A stretch of 64,000 nucleotides of DNA from TPA_inf: Saccharomyces (GCA_000146045.2 BK006944.2:416001-480000); one strand, 5' to 3'; positions 47,262 through 59,900 are shown, counted from the stretch's first letter. Program-made: numbers and translations. Notes: a model not told the origin generated them from the sequence alone.

Positions 47262-47283
47262 TTTTTTTTTTTTTTTTTTTTTT
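47262..47283. repeat. Homopolymeric T22 tract (poly dA:dT) in the YKR011C/PRY2 intergenic region
   Basis: Counted directly. Long poly(dA:dT) tracts in yeast promoters usually mark nucleosome-depleted regions. Confidence 0.9.
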
Positions 47284-47958
47284 GGGCTAGCTATGAACGT
47301 TTCCTAGTCCCGCTCACGCATTCTAGTTCTGCATTGGGTAAAAGAAAGCATATCATTAAGCGGCAGTTTCGGGTCGTTCTAGCCTCGAGCAAAACGAAGC
47401 TCAGCTCGCCTCTTTCACTATCATCCTGTGCTCACGTCCATGCGCATTCTTGGCAATTCTGCAGAGATCTCTCATCTGGGTCTTAGCGGTTCTCCGCACC
47501 CTGGCGATGTGCTTCGAGAACGTCTTTGTTCATCACATAGACTGCACTGCACTGCGCCATCATCTCGATCGATCGCGAGACTTTCGCGGCGACATTCGCG
47601 AAATGCCAAATGAAATCGAGCCGGCCTCGTGAAAAGGTGTAAAAAAAGAAAACGCATCACTGAAATGGACCCCGTTATGAAACGAATGAGAGATCTGCCC
47701 ATAGATCATCTTTCCTATAGCGGGAATAAACATGTGTGCTATTTACAGTACATTTCGTGTATCTCACGCACTTCTCTATATGTAATGTTTTTGAAACATA
47801 GACGTCGTTCAAAGGCAATGCTTTTGATCTTTGTATATATATATGCTTGTCGCAGAGTGTTACATATTGCTGTGATGGATCTGTTGGCTCTTGGTATCAT
47901 CGTTCCTCGAAACAGCCCATCATAAAACAATACCATTCCTTTAATAAAACTTACAAAG

Positions 47959-48948
47959 ATGAAATTTTCTAAAGTCTCACTACTGGCCGCATCTGCATCT
48001 GTCGCTTTATCTGCCCCAGTTGCTGTGACTGTCACGCAACATGTCCACCAAGCTGCCACTGTAGTGGTACAAGGTATAGTTCGTGTAGAAAATGGCCAGA
48101 CTCTAACGACGTTCATTACCAAGGGCACTCAAACGGCTTCTGCTAGTCCCGTTGCCACAACATCAGCTCCTATTGTGGTTGCTAATGCTCAAGTGGACAG
48201 CATAGCTACTTCCGTTATCCAAGAAAGCGCTGTCGTGGCTGAATCTGCAACATTTGAAGAATCCTCTACAGAAACATCTGAAGCATTTTCTACAGCAACT
48301 GCAACCATACAAGCGGTGCAAACCTCCGCAAGTGCCACACAGGATGATGTAACCACAACTTTAACATCTTCAACACAACCTACCAGCACAACTACTCCAA
48401 CAACCACTACCACTAGCCCAACCACTACCACTAGCCCAACTACTACCGCTAGTCCAACTACTACTGCTAGCCCAACCACCGCTACCACCACTCAATCTAC
48501 CGCCTCAAGCACTCAATCCTCAAGCTCCGATTTCTCAACGTCAATGGTTAACGAACACAACACTAAAAGGGCGTTGCACAAGGATACCGGTTCTTTGACA
48601 TGGTCTGACACACTAGCAACATATGCACAAAACTACGCTGACTCCTACGATTGTTCAGGCAACCTAGTCCACTCCGGCGGTCCATACGGTGAAAACTTGG
48701 CACTTGGTTACGGTACGACCGGCTCTGTTGATGCCTGGTATAACGAAATTACCAGCTACGACTATTCCAACCCTGGTTTTAGTGAAAGCGCAGGTCACTT
48801 CACCCAAGTCGTATGGAAGGGAACTTCTGAAGTTGGTTGCGGTTTGAAATCTTGCGGTGGCGAATGGGGCGATTACATCATTTGTTCCTACAAAGCCGCT
48901 GGTAATGTCATTGGTGAGTTTGCTGACAACGTTATGCCATTAGCTTAA
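47959..48948 (+). CDS. PRY2: Secreted CAP/SCP/PR-1 superfamily sterol-binding protein with a signal peptide, a Thr/Ser-rich linker and a C-terminal CAP domain, 329 aa
   Basis: 329-aa ORF with an N-terminal signal peptide (MKFSKVSLLAASASVALSA), a T/S-rich low-complexity middle, and a CAP domain (HNTKRALH...GHFTQVVWKGTSEVGC). Matches PRY2 (YKR013W). Confidence 0.9.
   Translation: MKFSKVSLLAASASVALSAPVAVTVTQHVHQAATVVVQGIVRVENGQTLTTFITKGTQTASASPVATTSAPIVVANAQVDSIATSVIQESAVVAESATFEESSTETSEAFSTATATIQAVQTSASATQDDVTTTLTSSTQPTSTTTPTTTTTSPTTTTSPTTTASPTTTASPTTATTTQSTASSTQSSSSDFSTSMVNEHNTKRALHKDTGSLTWSDTLATYAQNYADSYDCSGNLVHSGGPYGENLALGYGTTGSVDAWYNEITSYDYSNPGFSESAGHFTQVVWKGTSEVGCGLKSCGGEWGDYIICSYKAAGNVIGEFADNVMPLA
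48397..48489 (+). repeat. In-frame tandem repeat inside PRY2, about five copies of an 18-nt unit (CCAACCACTACCACTAGC and variants) encoding PTTTTS/PTTTAS
   Basis: Read directly. Consecutive 18-nt units with 2-4 substitutions each, encoding the T/S/P linker. Confidence 0.8.
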
Positions 48949-49172
48949 TCACTGAATTTAGCGAATACATGGGTATGGACATGAACAGCAATGGGCACTG
49001 TTCCTTCTCTTACATTTCTCTTTTATAGTTTCAATTTTTATTATACACTAAGGATTCTTCTTTTCTAGGGTACGCAAATTAAATGCAAGCAAGATCATAT
49101 AACATTGTCATAGTCTCATGCATGGTAAATAGGGTGAACGAAAAAAATTGGGAGATCTTGCCGACGGCTACG

Positions 49173-49209
49173 TATATATATATATATATATAAATATATA
49201 TATATATAT
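49173..49209. repeat. (TA)n dinucleotide microsatellite, about 37 bp with one AA interruption, in the PRY2/YPT52 convergent 3' intergenic region
   Basis: Read directly. Confidence 0.85.
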
Positions 49210-49366
49210 TCATGTATACTGTATATGTACAATCATATATAAAGTTACTCTTCCCTTTTCTTTTTTTTTTTACATTATTACGTATATACTGCTTTATTAT
49301 CGGAAAGTAGCAGTTTAATTAAAGCAACTTCTGTTGTTTTTCCTCTAAAACACAAATCATAGGATA

Positions 49367-50071
49367 TCAACTGCAACAAGATGTTGGATCATTTGTGGAT
49401 GGCCTTTGCAAATTAATGTCTACTTGTCCGTTATTGCCTCCACCGATTTGTCTATTTTGCTTAGAGAGAATTTCGTCTTTCTTTAAATCGTATAATTTTT
49501 CACCAATATCTTGAAAAATTTCCTTAACCCCTTCACCTGTCTTAGCACTAACTTCTCGGAACAGCAACCCTTGTTCTTGTGCGTACTGTTTCGCTTCTTC
49601 AGTGCTAATTGCTCTTACTTTTTGTTCTTCATCTCCACCTTCGTTTGAATCTGGGCTTGTCTCAGTGCTAGGCGTTTCTTGACATAAATCCACTTTGTTT
49701 CCCAGTAAATAAATAACCAAGTCGTCGTCGCCTACCTTATTTTTCAGCTCATCAACCCAGTTCCTTGCCTTTTGTAGTGAATCTTCCTGCGTAATGTCAT
49801 AAACAACTAATGCTGCATTAGCGTTTCTATAATACATTGGTGCCAATGACTTGTATCTTTCTTGACCAGCAGTATCCCAGATTTCAAATTTTATAACGAC
49901 ATCCTTTGTTTCATTACCATCGTTTGGGTGAATAGTGATTGATTGAGATAAAAAAGCAGCACCAATCGTACTTTCACGTAGTTCATCGAATGTATCCTTA
50001 ACAAAACGATGAACAATGGAAGATTTACCCACGGATGAGTCACCCAATAAAACTAGTTTAAATTGCAACAT
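49367..50071 (-). CDS. YPT52: Rab5-family endosomal GTPase, 234 aa, C-terminal CCS prenylation motif
   Basis: 234-aa ORF with a true ATG, GTPase motifs ([21 protein letters not shown]) and a C-terminal ..CCS. Matches YPT52 (YKR014C). Confidence 0.9.
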   Translation of the reverse strand: MLQFKLVLLGDSSVGKSSIVHRFVKDTFDELRESTIGAAFLSQSITIHPNDGNETKDVVIKFEIWDTAGQERYKSLAPMYYRNANAALVVYDITQEDSLQKARNWVDELKNKVGDDDLVIYLLGNKVDLCQETPSTETSPDSNEGGDEEQKVRAISTEEAKQYAQEQGLLFREVSAKTGEGVKEIFQDIGEKLYDLKKDEILSKQNRQIGGGNNGQVDINLQRPSTNDPTSCCS

Positions 50072-50960
50072 CTGTTAATAATATATACGTTTACTCCAAA
50101 TAAGTTAAACCTTCTTCCTACCCTCGCACTATAAAAAAAAATTTAGATATGTCCAGAGCTCGATATCGAAGCGACTTAACAAATAATTAATACTGACAGT
50201 TGGTAAACGGGCCTGTTCCCTTCACTCCCGTATGTTAACATTGTAACTTCATATCGCAGGGGCAGAGCTTTATAAACCTGAATTGTCCGGCCAGAATAGT
50301 AGTCGCTGTCCACGAAAGCAAGACACTATGAAGTTGCCGTTTGGTCTCAATGATACACATAGTGTTAAGAACATTGAGTAATTTGGAGTCAGATTGATTT
50401 CATTCCTTTACAATCGTGATGTGCCTATTTAATTCAAGGTCATGTGGATTTCAAAATTTAACATAATGATTTTACCTACCTTTCACACATTTGAACATGG
50501 GAACGCTTAAATATTAATTACTGTGCTTCACTACAATTACAAGAGAGTACGTATTGACGTTATTACCAGTTTACTTTCCATCATACTTATCGCAGAAAAC
50601 AAAATATCTAAAAAAAGTATAGTAAACGGTTGATGTCATCAAGAAGCATACCTTACTCCTTATATAGAAAGCTAAGAGACACCTAGAAACATTGATTTGC
50701 CAAAAATCCACATTCCTCGAAATGGGGCCTAAAATGTGCGCTAATGCGCTAATAAAGGTGATATAAAGTTCAAATCTTGAGTATACATATGACATACAAC
50801 CATAAGGCCTGATTATTGTCTATTTACTGCAATTTTCATCTTCAGTTCCAATCCACGGTATAATGAAATGTAATGCATCCTATCTTATTTTTGAATGTAT
50901 TATGTTAATCGTCACGTTTTGGTAATGATTTCTAGATGCGACTATAGCATTTTTGGCAAA

Positions 50961-52667
50961 TCAAGCGTTTATTTTGACTTTTCTAAATTTGGCTTTAAAA
51001 TCCCTAAATTTCACAGTTACGACATCCTTAAAGTGGATATCTGTTAAAATAGTTGACCCAAGTACTTCACTCTCCCCAGGCATTTTGTTGATGTTGTTAC
51101 TGCTCGCATTGTATTTCATTATACATTTTCTCTTGTCCTTTGTTCGCTGATTCCTTTCTCCATGAGGTGATATGTTGAGTTTAATCTTAAGGTATTCTCT
51201 CACTAGACCGTGCGCTTCCTCTTTATGGCAATTTTTGCATGATTTACTATTTTTATTATTACTATTATCATTTTTACTGGCGGAAGATGCTATTTTGGTC
51301 CTAGGTCTAACTACCTGATTTTTTGTATGTCTCTCCGAGTGCTTACCAGGTTCTTCGACCTGATTTTCGTCCATAACCATCTGATCTTTACAATATTTTT
51401 TCTCAAATGTCTGAGCCTTCTCCAATCCTAGCATTTGTTGCTCCTTTCTCCAAACTCTAGCACATCTTTCACTCATGTAAATTGGATCAATATCTTTCAT
51501 AGTGGTATTCCAAGATATGTTGTTTTGGTCATTATCTTGGGGTTCAGGTTGAAAGTACGCGTTTTCCATCGGTGTTCCTGCATTATCTTCACTTTCGCTT
51601 CTAGACTTTTGAGCTATTCCGTCGTTCGCAATTTTAGGTCTGTCGTTATTTTTCTCTTCATTGTCATCCTTTACTTTATCCACTTCTGTTACATAGCCTA
51701 TTACCACAGCAGCGCAGTTATTAAAAGTATTGACAACCCTATTAGCGAGAGGTGTTTTTATGATATTTTTCAATCCTGATGACGCTTCAACTTCAATACT
51801 ATCCATTTTTTTTCTCTCTATCATAATGTTCTCCTGTTCCTCACCTTGCATCCTCACCTTGGCTTCTTCTTCTCTCCGTTTTTTCCTTTCCTCGTGTTCC
51901 TTGTAAGGTCTCATGTCAACATAGAATTTTTCTGGTTCTAAAGTCCAAATAAGATTAGGAAGGTCTTTATCTTTAAGCTCTTTGATACTCAAGTTTTTTT
52001 TGTTCAAGTTCTGCGGATCACACGCTGCTGTAGCGTTGAATCTGTAAACTCTGACGTTGGAAATTTTGGTAAGTTGGGAAAAATTTGAGATAGTAGTGAT
52101 TTTATTGCTTTTCATTAATGGTTGTGGAATGTAAATATCACCGAGGTATTTCTTCTTTTTATATCGTCTTTCGACAAAACCTTCTGAATAAACAACCTTG
52201 TGAAGGATGCTCCAATCATCTTCCTTTACCGGGGCCATATCAAGAATCACCTTTTTTACCTTTTCAACTATATAATATTGATGATAATAGGTCCATTGTT
52301 TATGAATAAATATAAAGGCCCTGTTCAATGGATGCAACGGATCCAGTTCATCTAGGCAATCCTCTACCGGACAATCGAATTCCACAACTAAAACAGCAGG
52401 GCTACGCCTGACTAAGGGCCCAATTTCCATAATCTGTCTTAAAGAAATAACCATAGTATAAAATCTGTGAATCATATTTTTAGATTCTCTGAAATCTTCC
52501 ACATTCAAGTTCTCGAATATCATAAATTCCCTCCCCAGATCCTTAAGCATTTGAAGCCGATCTTTCAAACTTCGACAGCCTTCAAATTGTTGCAATAGAA
52601 GAACATACTTTCCAAAGGAAGAGTTGATTTCAGTAAGAGCCTCATATCCAGAATAGTCCAGAAACAT
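50961..52667 (-). CDS. Protein of unknown function, 568 aa
   Basis: 568-aa ORF with a true ATG. Position and length match YKR015C. The C-terminal half is low-complexity and basic. Confidence 0.8.
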   Translation of the reverse strand: MFLDYSGYEALTEINSSFGKYVLLLQQFEGCRSLKDRLQMLKDLGREFMIFENLNVEDFRESKNMIHRFYTMVISLRQIMEIGPLVRRSPAVLVVEFDCPVEDCLDELDPLHPLNRAFIFIHKQWTYYHQYYIVEKVKKVILDMAPVKEDDWSILHKVVYSEGFVERRYKKKKYLGDIYIPQPLMKSNKITTISNFSQLTKISNVRVYRFNATAACDPQNLNKKNLSIKELKDKDLPNLIWTLEPEKFYVDMRPYKEHEERKKRREEEAKVRMQGEEQENIMIERKKMDSIEVEASSGLKNIIKTPLANRVVNTFNNCAAVVIGYVTEVDKVKDDNEEKNNDRPKIANDGIAQKSRSESEDNAGTPMENAYFQPEPQDNDQNNISWNTTMKDIDPIYMSERCARVWRKEQQMLGLEKAQTFEKKYCKDQMVMDENQVEEPGKHSERHTKNQVVRPRTKIASSASKNDNSNNKNSKSCKNCHKEEAHGLVREYLKIKLNISPHGERNQRTKDKRKCIMKYNASSNNINKMPGESEVLGSTILTDIHFKDVVTVKFRDFKAKFRKVKINA

Positions 52668-53716
52668 AGCTAAAAAAAAATCTCGTCAATTTTTTTTTTA
52701 ACTATTCGAGACCTTACCGAGTAATCACTTTAAAACAAAAAATAAATAAATTTATGGACTATTTTCAGTGACTGATATGCCAAATTCCTTTGCCCTGTAT
52801 GGCCATATTTTCTTACCATTTCTGTGGTGACAAAGGTGATGCAATTACTGACACAACAAGGTAAAAAAGAGAGGCGGGTAACAAATTACACACGTCCATC
52901 ATCCGCTAAGCGCTTTAAGCTTATAGAGAGGCAAGTAACGTCATTGATCCTGGATGACAAACGTCTTTTACTCTTTTTTTGGGTCCTTCTCATGGTTTCA
53001 GTGTCTGACGAAAACAAAGAAATATCATACATTTCAATAGAGATCGAAATACATATCCGCACAGCATCCAATATAACCAATACATTTCTTTTTATCAACT
53101 ACTTGATATGATTCCGTTTACTATAAGGCCAGGCAAATCAAAATACGCTCAAGATCTCTTATCAGTTTCCGGAGGTAATTTTCTTGCATTTCCATCTTCA
53201 CGCAATCGTCCGGGCACATAATACAATATATGCTATACATCAAACACGGAGCGTGGAACATGTTCCAGCTCAAAAACAGTTAGCAAGTCTATTTTCGTAC
53301 GTTCCGTAACCATTCTTATGACAATAGCATACAACAAAGTTTTCATAATATTTTGTAAGATTCATATACTTCTTACAGAAAAAAGAGAAATAAATATTGC
53401 AAAAAACTAACAACAGAAGAAACTACTTGCAAAATAGTGATTCATCAAATGGCTTCTTATAGTACGTAGTCGGCAAAGAACCAATGCATCATAGCAGTGG
53501 ACAAGCAGAATTGAATCACTTTAGACGTGTAGCAGACTCATTGAACCAATAAAATTCTAAGACGGATTTCTGTGCGGAATCGGAATTAAGGGTTGTCAAA
53601 AAAGTGAAAAATAATCTGAAATTAAAAACTGTTCTTATTCTCGAGGAAGCTATTCACAGTAAAGGAACACAAAAGGCATAAGAACGCATTGAAAAGTCTA
53701 AAAAACTAATATTCGT

Positions 53717-55339
53717 ATGATGCTAAGAACTACTGCCTCACGAAAAATTGTGCTAAGGAGGGGTCTAGCCAGCATAAACACAGGGACTACCGTTGCATCA
53801 AAAAAGGCTTCGCACAAATTTCGCAATACCCTTTGGACTATTGCTTTGTCAGCGACAGCTTTCTACGCTGGAGGTATCATATATTCGCAAAAAAATGACA
53901 AATTTGGTGACTTTTTCTCTAATAACGTTCCTTTTGCCGAGGATTTACTAGAAACATATGAACACTATCACGATAGGCCAACATTGTTTTTAGAAGATTC
54001 TTGGGACGGCTTGAAGGCAAAGAGCAATGATTTATTATCTGGATTAACTGGTAGTTCACAAACGCGCAGATCTAATAGGGAAAATATTGAAGTAAAAAAA
54101 ATCTTATCATTAGAACCACTAAATATTGAAACAGAAAATTCTGATCCGCAACTGAAAGAAATCATTGGCTCTTTGAATGATCTCATCAACAGTCTAAATG
54201 ACTCAAACCTCTCCATCCCCGAATCAGAATTCAATTCAATCAAAAAATCTAACCAGAATATGCTTACGAATCTATCCCAATTAAATGAAACGTTAAAAGA
54301 GGCTTTATCCAATTACATGATACAAAGAACATCAGAAGTAATCACGGAATTGAACACACAATATGAAAACTCGAAAAGGGAGTTTGAAAAGAATCTTCAA
54401 AAAAACCTATTACAAGAAGTAGACGAATTCAAAGAAAACTTGACCAAGCAAAAGGACAAAGAACTAGAAGAAAAATTAAAGGCGAACGAAGAATTGTTAC
54501 AAGCCAAACATGCAAATGAAGTGGGCTTACTATCCATCACTCAAGTCAAAGAATTTAATAAAATTATCAAAGACAAAATTGAGAAGGAAAGAAATGGCAG
54601 ATTAGCCCATTTAGAGGAAATAAATTCTGAAGTTAACGACCTCAGCAAATCCATCGACAGATCGAGCAAAATCTTAAGTAAAAACGAGGCTCTAGTGCAA
54701 TTAACTTTCCAAGTAGATGAGATCAAATCTAGGATTAACAACAATAACTTACCCGATGTGAATATCGACAAGGAACTATCCAGATTGAAACTTCTTTCCA
54801 ATCTTCTCTCTACCTTCAACAAAAAATCTTGTTGCGACGATGGCGACTGCTGCTCCTGCAAAAAGGGTAATAAGAATGAAGGCAAGGAAGGGAAGATATC
54901 ATGCAAATGCAAACCAAAGACAAACCCTCCATCGCTATTAAGCGTAGCTTTAGATGAATTAGAATCCACATGTAGCGGTAAAAAAATCTTATCGAATGAG
55001 CAGATCTATAACAGGTGGAACTTACTGGCAGATGACTTTAAGACAGCCTCTTTATTGCCACCAAATTCCGGTATTTTGGGGCAATTAACCGCCAAAGTTT
55101 TTTCCCTTTTCTTATTCACAAAGACAGGTAATCCTTCAAATGCCACGGATTTCGATTCTGTTTATGCAAGAGTCGGCGATAACTTGAGGGTATCCAACCT
55201 CAACGATGCTGTAGAAGAGGTTGTCTCCCTAAAGGGTTGGCCTCATAAAGTTTGCGAAAGCTGGATCGAAGATGCTAGAAGAAAATTAGAAGTCCAGCGC
55301 CTGGTAGAGATTCTTGACTGTGAAATAAGGACGTTGTGA
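53717..55339 (+). CDS. MIC60: MICOS complex core subunit (mitofilin), 540 aa
   Basis: 540-aa ORF with an N-terminal presequence and TM anchor, a coiled-coil middle and a C-terminal mitofilin domain. Matches MIC60/FCJ1 (YKR016W). Confidence 0.9.
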   Translation: MMLRTTASRKIVLRRGLASINTGTTVASKKASHKFRNTLWTIALSATAFYAGGIIYSQKNDKFGDFFSNNVPFAEDLLETYEHYHDRPTLFLEDSWDGLKAKSNDLLSGLTGSSQTRRSNRENIEVKKILSLEPLNIETENSDPQLKEIIGSLNDLINSLNDSNLSIPESEFNSIKKSNQNMLTNLSQLNETLKEALSNYMIQRTSEVITELNTQYENSKREFEKNLQKNLLQEVDEFKENLTKQKDKELEEKLKANEELLQAKHANEVGLLSITQVKEFNKIIKDKIEKERNGRLAHLEEINSEVNDLSKSIDRSSKILSKNEALVQLTFQVDEIKSRINNNNLPDVNIDKELSRLKLLSNLLSTFNKKSCCDDGDCCSCKKGNKNEGKEGKISCKCKPKTNPPSLLSVALDELESTCSGKKILSNEQIYNRWNLLADDFKTASLLPPNSGILGQLTAKVFSLFLFTKTGNPSNATDFDSVYARVGDNLRVSNLNDAVEEVVSLKGWPHKVCESWIEDARRKLEVQRLVEILDCEIRTL

Positions 55340-55693
55340 AAGAATAATACAAAGAGAAAAGAGATGTACGTCATTACACCTCAATTTCCACTTTGTTTAG
55401 GAGGCTTTAATAAAGAAGAACTAAATACCTAAAATGTAAGTTAGCTGTTACTCGTCATTTCCGATTCAAAGAATTTTGAAATCTTTTTAAAACAATATAA
55501 CTTTGTAGGAATTGGAACAACAATGTGTATATAAATAGTATTTCAACGACAAATACAGGTTCAAATAAATAAAAAAATACGAAAATATACAAAAATGCAA
55601 CAACGTTTAAACTCCAAAATAACCAAACATCCCGCAGTACAAAAAACATGAATAAAACAACAGAATAACCAAAACAATACTAAAACAAAACAT

Positions 55694-57349
55694 TCATTCT
55701 GCAGCTTTGCAAATTCCCTTACATAGCAGTTCTCTACCGCATTCCATTAATGCAGTGGTTCTATTTTCCACATATCCGGCCTTATTATAAAACTCTGGTC
55801 TTCGTTTCATGATCACTTCGGGGGTTTTTATTTGCAATAGCTCCGATAGCGATTCCACTGCGTTGGCTAAGAGCATTTGGTTATCAACGAAAATCTTCGT
55901 CAAATTATGAGATGCATCCGAGTAATATGCCACGGCAAATGACCATTTTAATACGGTTCGTCCCTCATTCAACACTTTTAAACTTTCTGATAGGAACTGT
56001 CCATCAATCCATGAGATACCTATTCTTTCTTGTAGTGCATGAACTTTCGTGCCCAAAGTTTGCCCCAGGTTCCAATCAAGCTTGGCTGAAACTTCATGTT
56101 CGTTAAACAATCTATAGTAGAAAGTGTATTTCTTCAAGGTTTTATTAGCGTCTTGAGGGTTCTTACTTTTATTATCCTCATTATTCTTATACATTGTACA
56201 TTGAAAAAAGTTCTTACCGTGGGGCGCCCAGGGGCCCTCACAAATCCAACAGAATTCGTATTTACAACTTGAGCAAACCATGTGGTTGCAGCCACCATTT
56301 TTTTCAATATTAACAGAACATTTTGGACATTCTTTAGTGTGGGACAAGACCCAATTCAAAATTTCTGATTCTTTTCTGGCTTTTTTAACCCAAGCAGTGG
56401 TTATTTTACAATCTGCTGGGGAATGAACTTCGAATCCGCAATTGAAACAGAATCTATGAAATGAATTACACTTAACGAAAGGTGAATAATGCAAACGGGT
56501 ATATTCTGGTAATGATGACGTATCTCGCAAGTGCACGATGGATTTACAGTCAGCAAACGGGCACCATTTATAGTTACGATTATGTTTTTGAACAAAACTT
56601 TTGATTGAAGAATCCATCAACTTACTACTCGAAGGATGTCCCATCACTTTATCTATATCTTCATTTTTCAATGCCAGGGAACAGTCCATGCATGTAATGA
56701 TGTTCCCCTCATGCAACTTATCCTTGATGTAATGACGGTAGCAATTGATACAATATTCATGGCCACATTCCAACGCAAATGTTTCCGTATCCTTTTTATC
56801 ACAACAAATAATACATGTAAAGTCATTTTTGAATTCAACTTCTCTGAAATGTGAATTATAATCATTATCTTTCTTGATATTTGCTGTGGTACTTAAGCCA
56901 AGCTCCACAAGCAATTCGTCCATTTTTTCGGTCCAAACTTCTAGCAAACGTTCCTCGTTCCAATCATAATGCTGTAGTAATATCAATATATCCGCAGATG
57001 GAATTGCAAAAATAGGTTGTAAATGGTCAACCCTTTGAAGCATTCTTTCAAATATACCCTTGGTGGTTAAGCATTCATAACTGAGATTCGGTACACTCCC
57101 TTCACACAGTATTCTTTTGTTGTTTTTCGTAAGAGGAGCATCTAGCATCCCCTCATATATGGTATCGACTCCATCTTCATCTTCATTGATGTCAAATTCT
57201 GAATCTTGGCTTGTTACACTAATTAACTTCGGGAAAACTAGTCCATGTATAGTAAATTCAGATGTATTGTGAGATTCATAAAGTTCAATAGAGCTGGAAT
57301 CACTTTCATCAAAACTATAAAATTGATCATTTTCGGTACCACTACTCAT
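55694..57349 (-). CDS. HEL1: RING-in-between-RING (RBR, Ariadne-type) E3 ubiquitin ligase, 551 aa
   Basis: 551-aa ORF with a true ATG and three Cys/His clusters (RING1, IBR, RING2) in the middle. Matches HEL1 (YKR017C). Confidence 0.88.
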   Translation of the reverse strand: MSSGTENDQFYSFDESDSSSIELYESHNTSEFTIHGLVFPKLISVTSQDSEFDINEDEDGVDTIYEGMLDAPLTKNNKRILCEGSVPNLSYECLTTKGIFERMLQRVDHLQPIFAIPSADILILLQHYDWNEERLLEVWTEKMDELLVELGLSTTANIKKDNDYNSHFREVEFKNDFTCIICCDKKDTETFALECGHEYCINCYRHYIKDKLHEGNIITCMDCSLALKNEDIDKVMGHPSSSKLMDSSIKSFVQKHNRNYKWCPFADCKSIVHLRDTSSLPEYTRLHYSPFVKCNSFHRFCFNCGFEVHSPADCKITTAWVKKARKESEILNWVLSHTKECPKCSVNIEKNGGCNHMVCSSCKYEFCWICEGPWAPHGKNFFQCTMYKNNEDNKSKNPQDANKTLKKYTFYYRLFNEHEVSAKLDWNLGQTLGTKVHALQERIGISWIDGQFLSESLKVLNEGRTVLKWSFAVAYYSDASHNLTKIFVDNQMLLANAVESLSELLQIKTPEVIMKRRPEFYNKAGYVENRTTALMECGRELLCKGICKAAE

Positions 57350-57722
57350 TGTTAAAAGCCTCTAACAAGTACACCCAAATTCGCTAAAGACAAATTAAAT
57401 ATACTTAAAGAATGGCTATAATTCCTGTATAGTAGCTGGGATAGTAACAAATCAATACAAATGTAGCTACCTTAAAACTAAGGCAGTACTCACAGCATTC
57501 TTCACCTTCCTCTCCTCTTTTCTAAAGCGGGTTCCTATTTTTTGCGCAAGGAGGAAGGACGATGGCACTGAGAAAGCATCAAATCGTATGTAATTAAACT
57601 ACGCAAGGTATGTACGGTCAATAAGTATAGCTTAGCGCTTTAAAATTAGGTGGGACATTAGGAAAACTAATAGGGGAAAATATTTCTTAAAAAAAAGGGC
57701 ATGAGGGCTGATCAAAACTTGA

Positions 57723-59900
57723 TTACAATGAATGGTCAACGCGGTCAATGGCAGCCTTAATTTTCATACCTACTCTCGTACTCAATTCATAATCATCTGC
57801 GTAGCCCTGAGCCCTCAGTAACCATTCTTTACTCTCTGGAAGGCCATCCATGCCCTCCAACTTCCATGTAAATAGAGCACGTTCATAAAGTGCAGTCGGA
57901 TAGGCCCATGGATCTTCAGTTTTCTTTATATATTTGACCTTGCCATTTTGAATGGAGAAAAACTTAGGTAGAACCTTTTCATCCAATATATCACAACCTT
58001 CTTGGATATGACCTAATCTTCTTAATGTCAAAGAGACCAAGAGATCTTTGATTAACTCCTGATCTGAGTCTAAAGCTTCAATGGCGGGATTTCTATACTC
58101 AGTTAGCATTTTCTTTGTTAGCTCCAAATGCTCTTCAGACATTCTATTATAACCATTGTAGAAGTACGCAATTTCGTGTACTGGTGAAGTAGCGATACCA
58201 TCCAGAGGATTTTCCACCCCAAGTTCCTCCTTTTTCGCTTTAAATTGCTCAACTTTTCTCAGAATAAACCTATCTAATGGCAGGTTCTTCGATTTGAAGG
58301 TTTTCTTACCTAGCAAATTCACAGAGGTGAAGATAAGTTCTTCGGCCTTCTTTTGGTATTCATCCTTTTTGTCTGACTTCATTAATCCCATTTCGCACAT
58401 TCTCCAATTTTCTAAATAACAGCAGCCAGCAAAATATGTGTAAAAAGCGTGTGACCAATCACTGATGTCTAATAGCGATAAAATATCTTCTGCAGCTCTA
58501 TCGTATTGATGCAAATGGATCAATGTTATAGCACGGTCAAAAATCATCAAGGATTTGACCTGTCTCATCCGTATCTTGCTAACATCAATCGAATCCATCA
58601 ATGCGACTGCTTCCTCTAAACGCCCTTTACCAGATAGCATCCTTGCCTCATTCAATAACCATAGCGCACTATTGGGAAATAGCGCTCTTGATTGCAGCAA
58701 CGCATCTTCCAGTATTTTCCCAGGATGCAACAACGTAGGGCCATCCATCTCTTCATCTTCAGAATCTTCACTGTTACTGGAATCCTTAACTGCTGCAGGA
58801 ATATCAAAATCATCGTCAGTGAATTGGAAAGGTCCATCATAGTAAAACATCAGGGCTAACAAACCAATACAACCATGCACGTTTCTTTGCTTTGTGGCTT
58901 TCCAAACAAGTCTCAAACCTTCTTCTCTGGAACCCCTGAATCCAACCACAGATAGGACCGCGCCAATAGCGGGTGGTAATAGTGATATCACAACCTGTAA
59001 AATACCAAAGCATAAATTGACACCAGAATGGACAAACTCATCAATTGTTGCTTGACTTAAATCTATATCATCCGAAAGAACTTTATGATCTGTTATTTCC
59101 TCTTCTGGCAAGTCTTCCATTGCTTGTAGTCCTAGCTCACCTCTCAACCTGTTAATTGCAGGAGAGTTGCCAATGTGGGCGCCAGATAATCTTTCAGTCC
59201 TCATGCTATGAATTTGTTCAGCAAATTGTAAAAGATCCTTATCCTTTTGTTCTTCAGGAGTCAGTTCATAAGGTATATCAACGGAATTGAACGCATCGCC
59301 ACCAGTTATGAAAGTCGCTGGGGTGGACTCCTTATCTTCACTGCCTGACGTAATTTTCAATTTCTTGGCTTTGTTAGCAGCTTTAATAGTTTCCAAGATT
59401 TCTTGTAACATATAGTACGACTTTCTGAGCTTTAAAATGGCCTTGGCCGCCTCCATCATACTTTCACTGAAAATCATCAATAGGGCATGTAGAAGGCATG
59501 ATTCTGTATAAGTCACGGCATAAACTGTTCCTGGAGGATATAAAGAACTGCTCTTCAATCCAATTTTTTGAGCCCTCTCTCTACTTTTCAAAGATAAAGC
59601 TTCTGCCTTGGCCAAAGTCGCAGAAGCTTTTTTCATCTCTTCAGCTTCAAAACCTAAAGTGGCCTCCAAAAATTCAATGACACCACGAGCTAACGCATTT
59701 ATAGTTTGGTCGGAAGCTTCTTTAGCATCACTCTCATCCAGCAAAGCCAAACCCTCGTCAGCATTATCATCTAAGACATAGTCCATCGCACGCAGTGCCT
59801 GTTCGAAATCATGAGCTTGTTTTAGAATGGCTTTAGTTTTTTCTTCCTGTGAAAGCTCAGGAATCTCTTCCTTCGCACCAAAACCAAACACTTTAAACAT
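57723..59900 (-). CDS. Protein of unknown function, paralog of Iml2, 725 aa
   Basis: The track ORF (732 aa) starts at GTG. The first ATG gives [45 protein letters not shown]..., 725 aa, matching YKR018C. It is clearly similar to Iml2 (conserved [22 protein letters not shown]...[10 protein letters not shown]). Confidence 0.85.
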   Translation of the reverse strand: MFKVFGFGAKEEIPELSQEEKTKAILKQAHDFEQALRAMDYVLDDNADEGLALLDESDAKEASDQTINALARGVIEFLEATLGFEAEEMKKASATLAKAEALSLKSRERAQKIGLKSSSLYPPGTVYAVTYTESCLLHALLMIFSESMMEAAKAILKLRKSYYMLQEILETIKAANKAKKLKITSGSEDKESTPATFITGGDAFNSVDIPYELTPEEQKDKDLLQFAEQIHSMRTERLSGAHIGNSPAINRLRGELGLQAMEDLPEEEITDHKVLSDDIDLSQATIDEFVHSGVNLCFGILQVVISLLPPAIGAVLSVVGFRGSREEGLRLVWKATKQRNVHGCIGLLALMFYYDGPFQFTDDDFDIPAAVKDSSNSEDSEDEEMDGPTLLHPGKILEDALLQSRALFPNSALWLLNEARMLSGKGRLEEAVALMDSIDVSKIRMRQVKSLMIFDRAITLIHLHQYDRAAEDILSLLDISDWSHAFYTYFAGCCYLENWRMCEMGLMKSDKKDEYQKKAEELIFTSVNLLGKKTFKSKNLPLDRFILRKVEQFKAKKEELGVENPLDGIATSPVHEIAYFYNGYNRMSEEHLELTKKMLTEYRNPAIEALDSDQELIKDLLVSLTLRRLGHIQEGCDILDEKVLPKFFSIQNGKVKYIKKTEDPWAYPTALYERALFTWKLEGMDGLPESKEWLLRAQGYADDYELSTRVGMKIKAAIDRVDHSL

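Noticed and set aside
47739-48128. 129-aa minus-strand ORF overlapping the PRY2 start, and the 100-aa poly-Val ORF 48189..48491 antisense to the PRY2 repeat
   Set aside because: Both are antisense to a well-supported gene. Their composition is driven by the T/S-repeat on the other strand (poly-V/G). Typical dubious overlapping ORFs.
52824-53111. 95-aa plus-strand ORF in the YKR015C/MIC60 intergenic region, with a partly overlapping 70-aa minus ORF
   Set aside because: Short, overlapping each other, and in the promoter region. No support.
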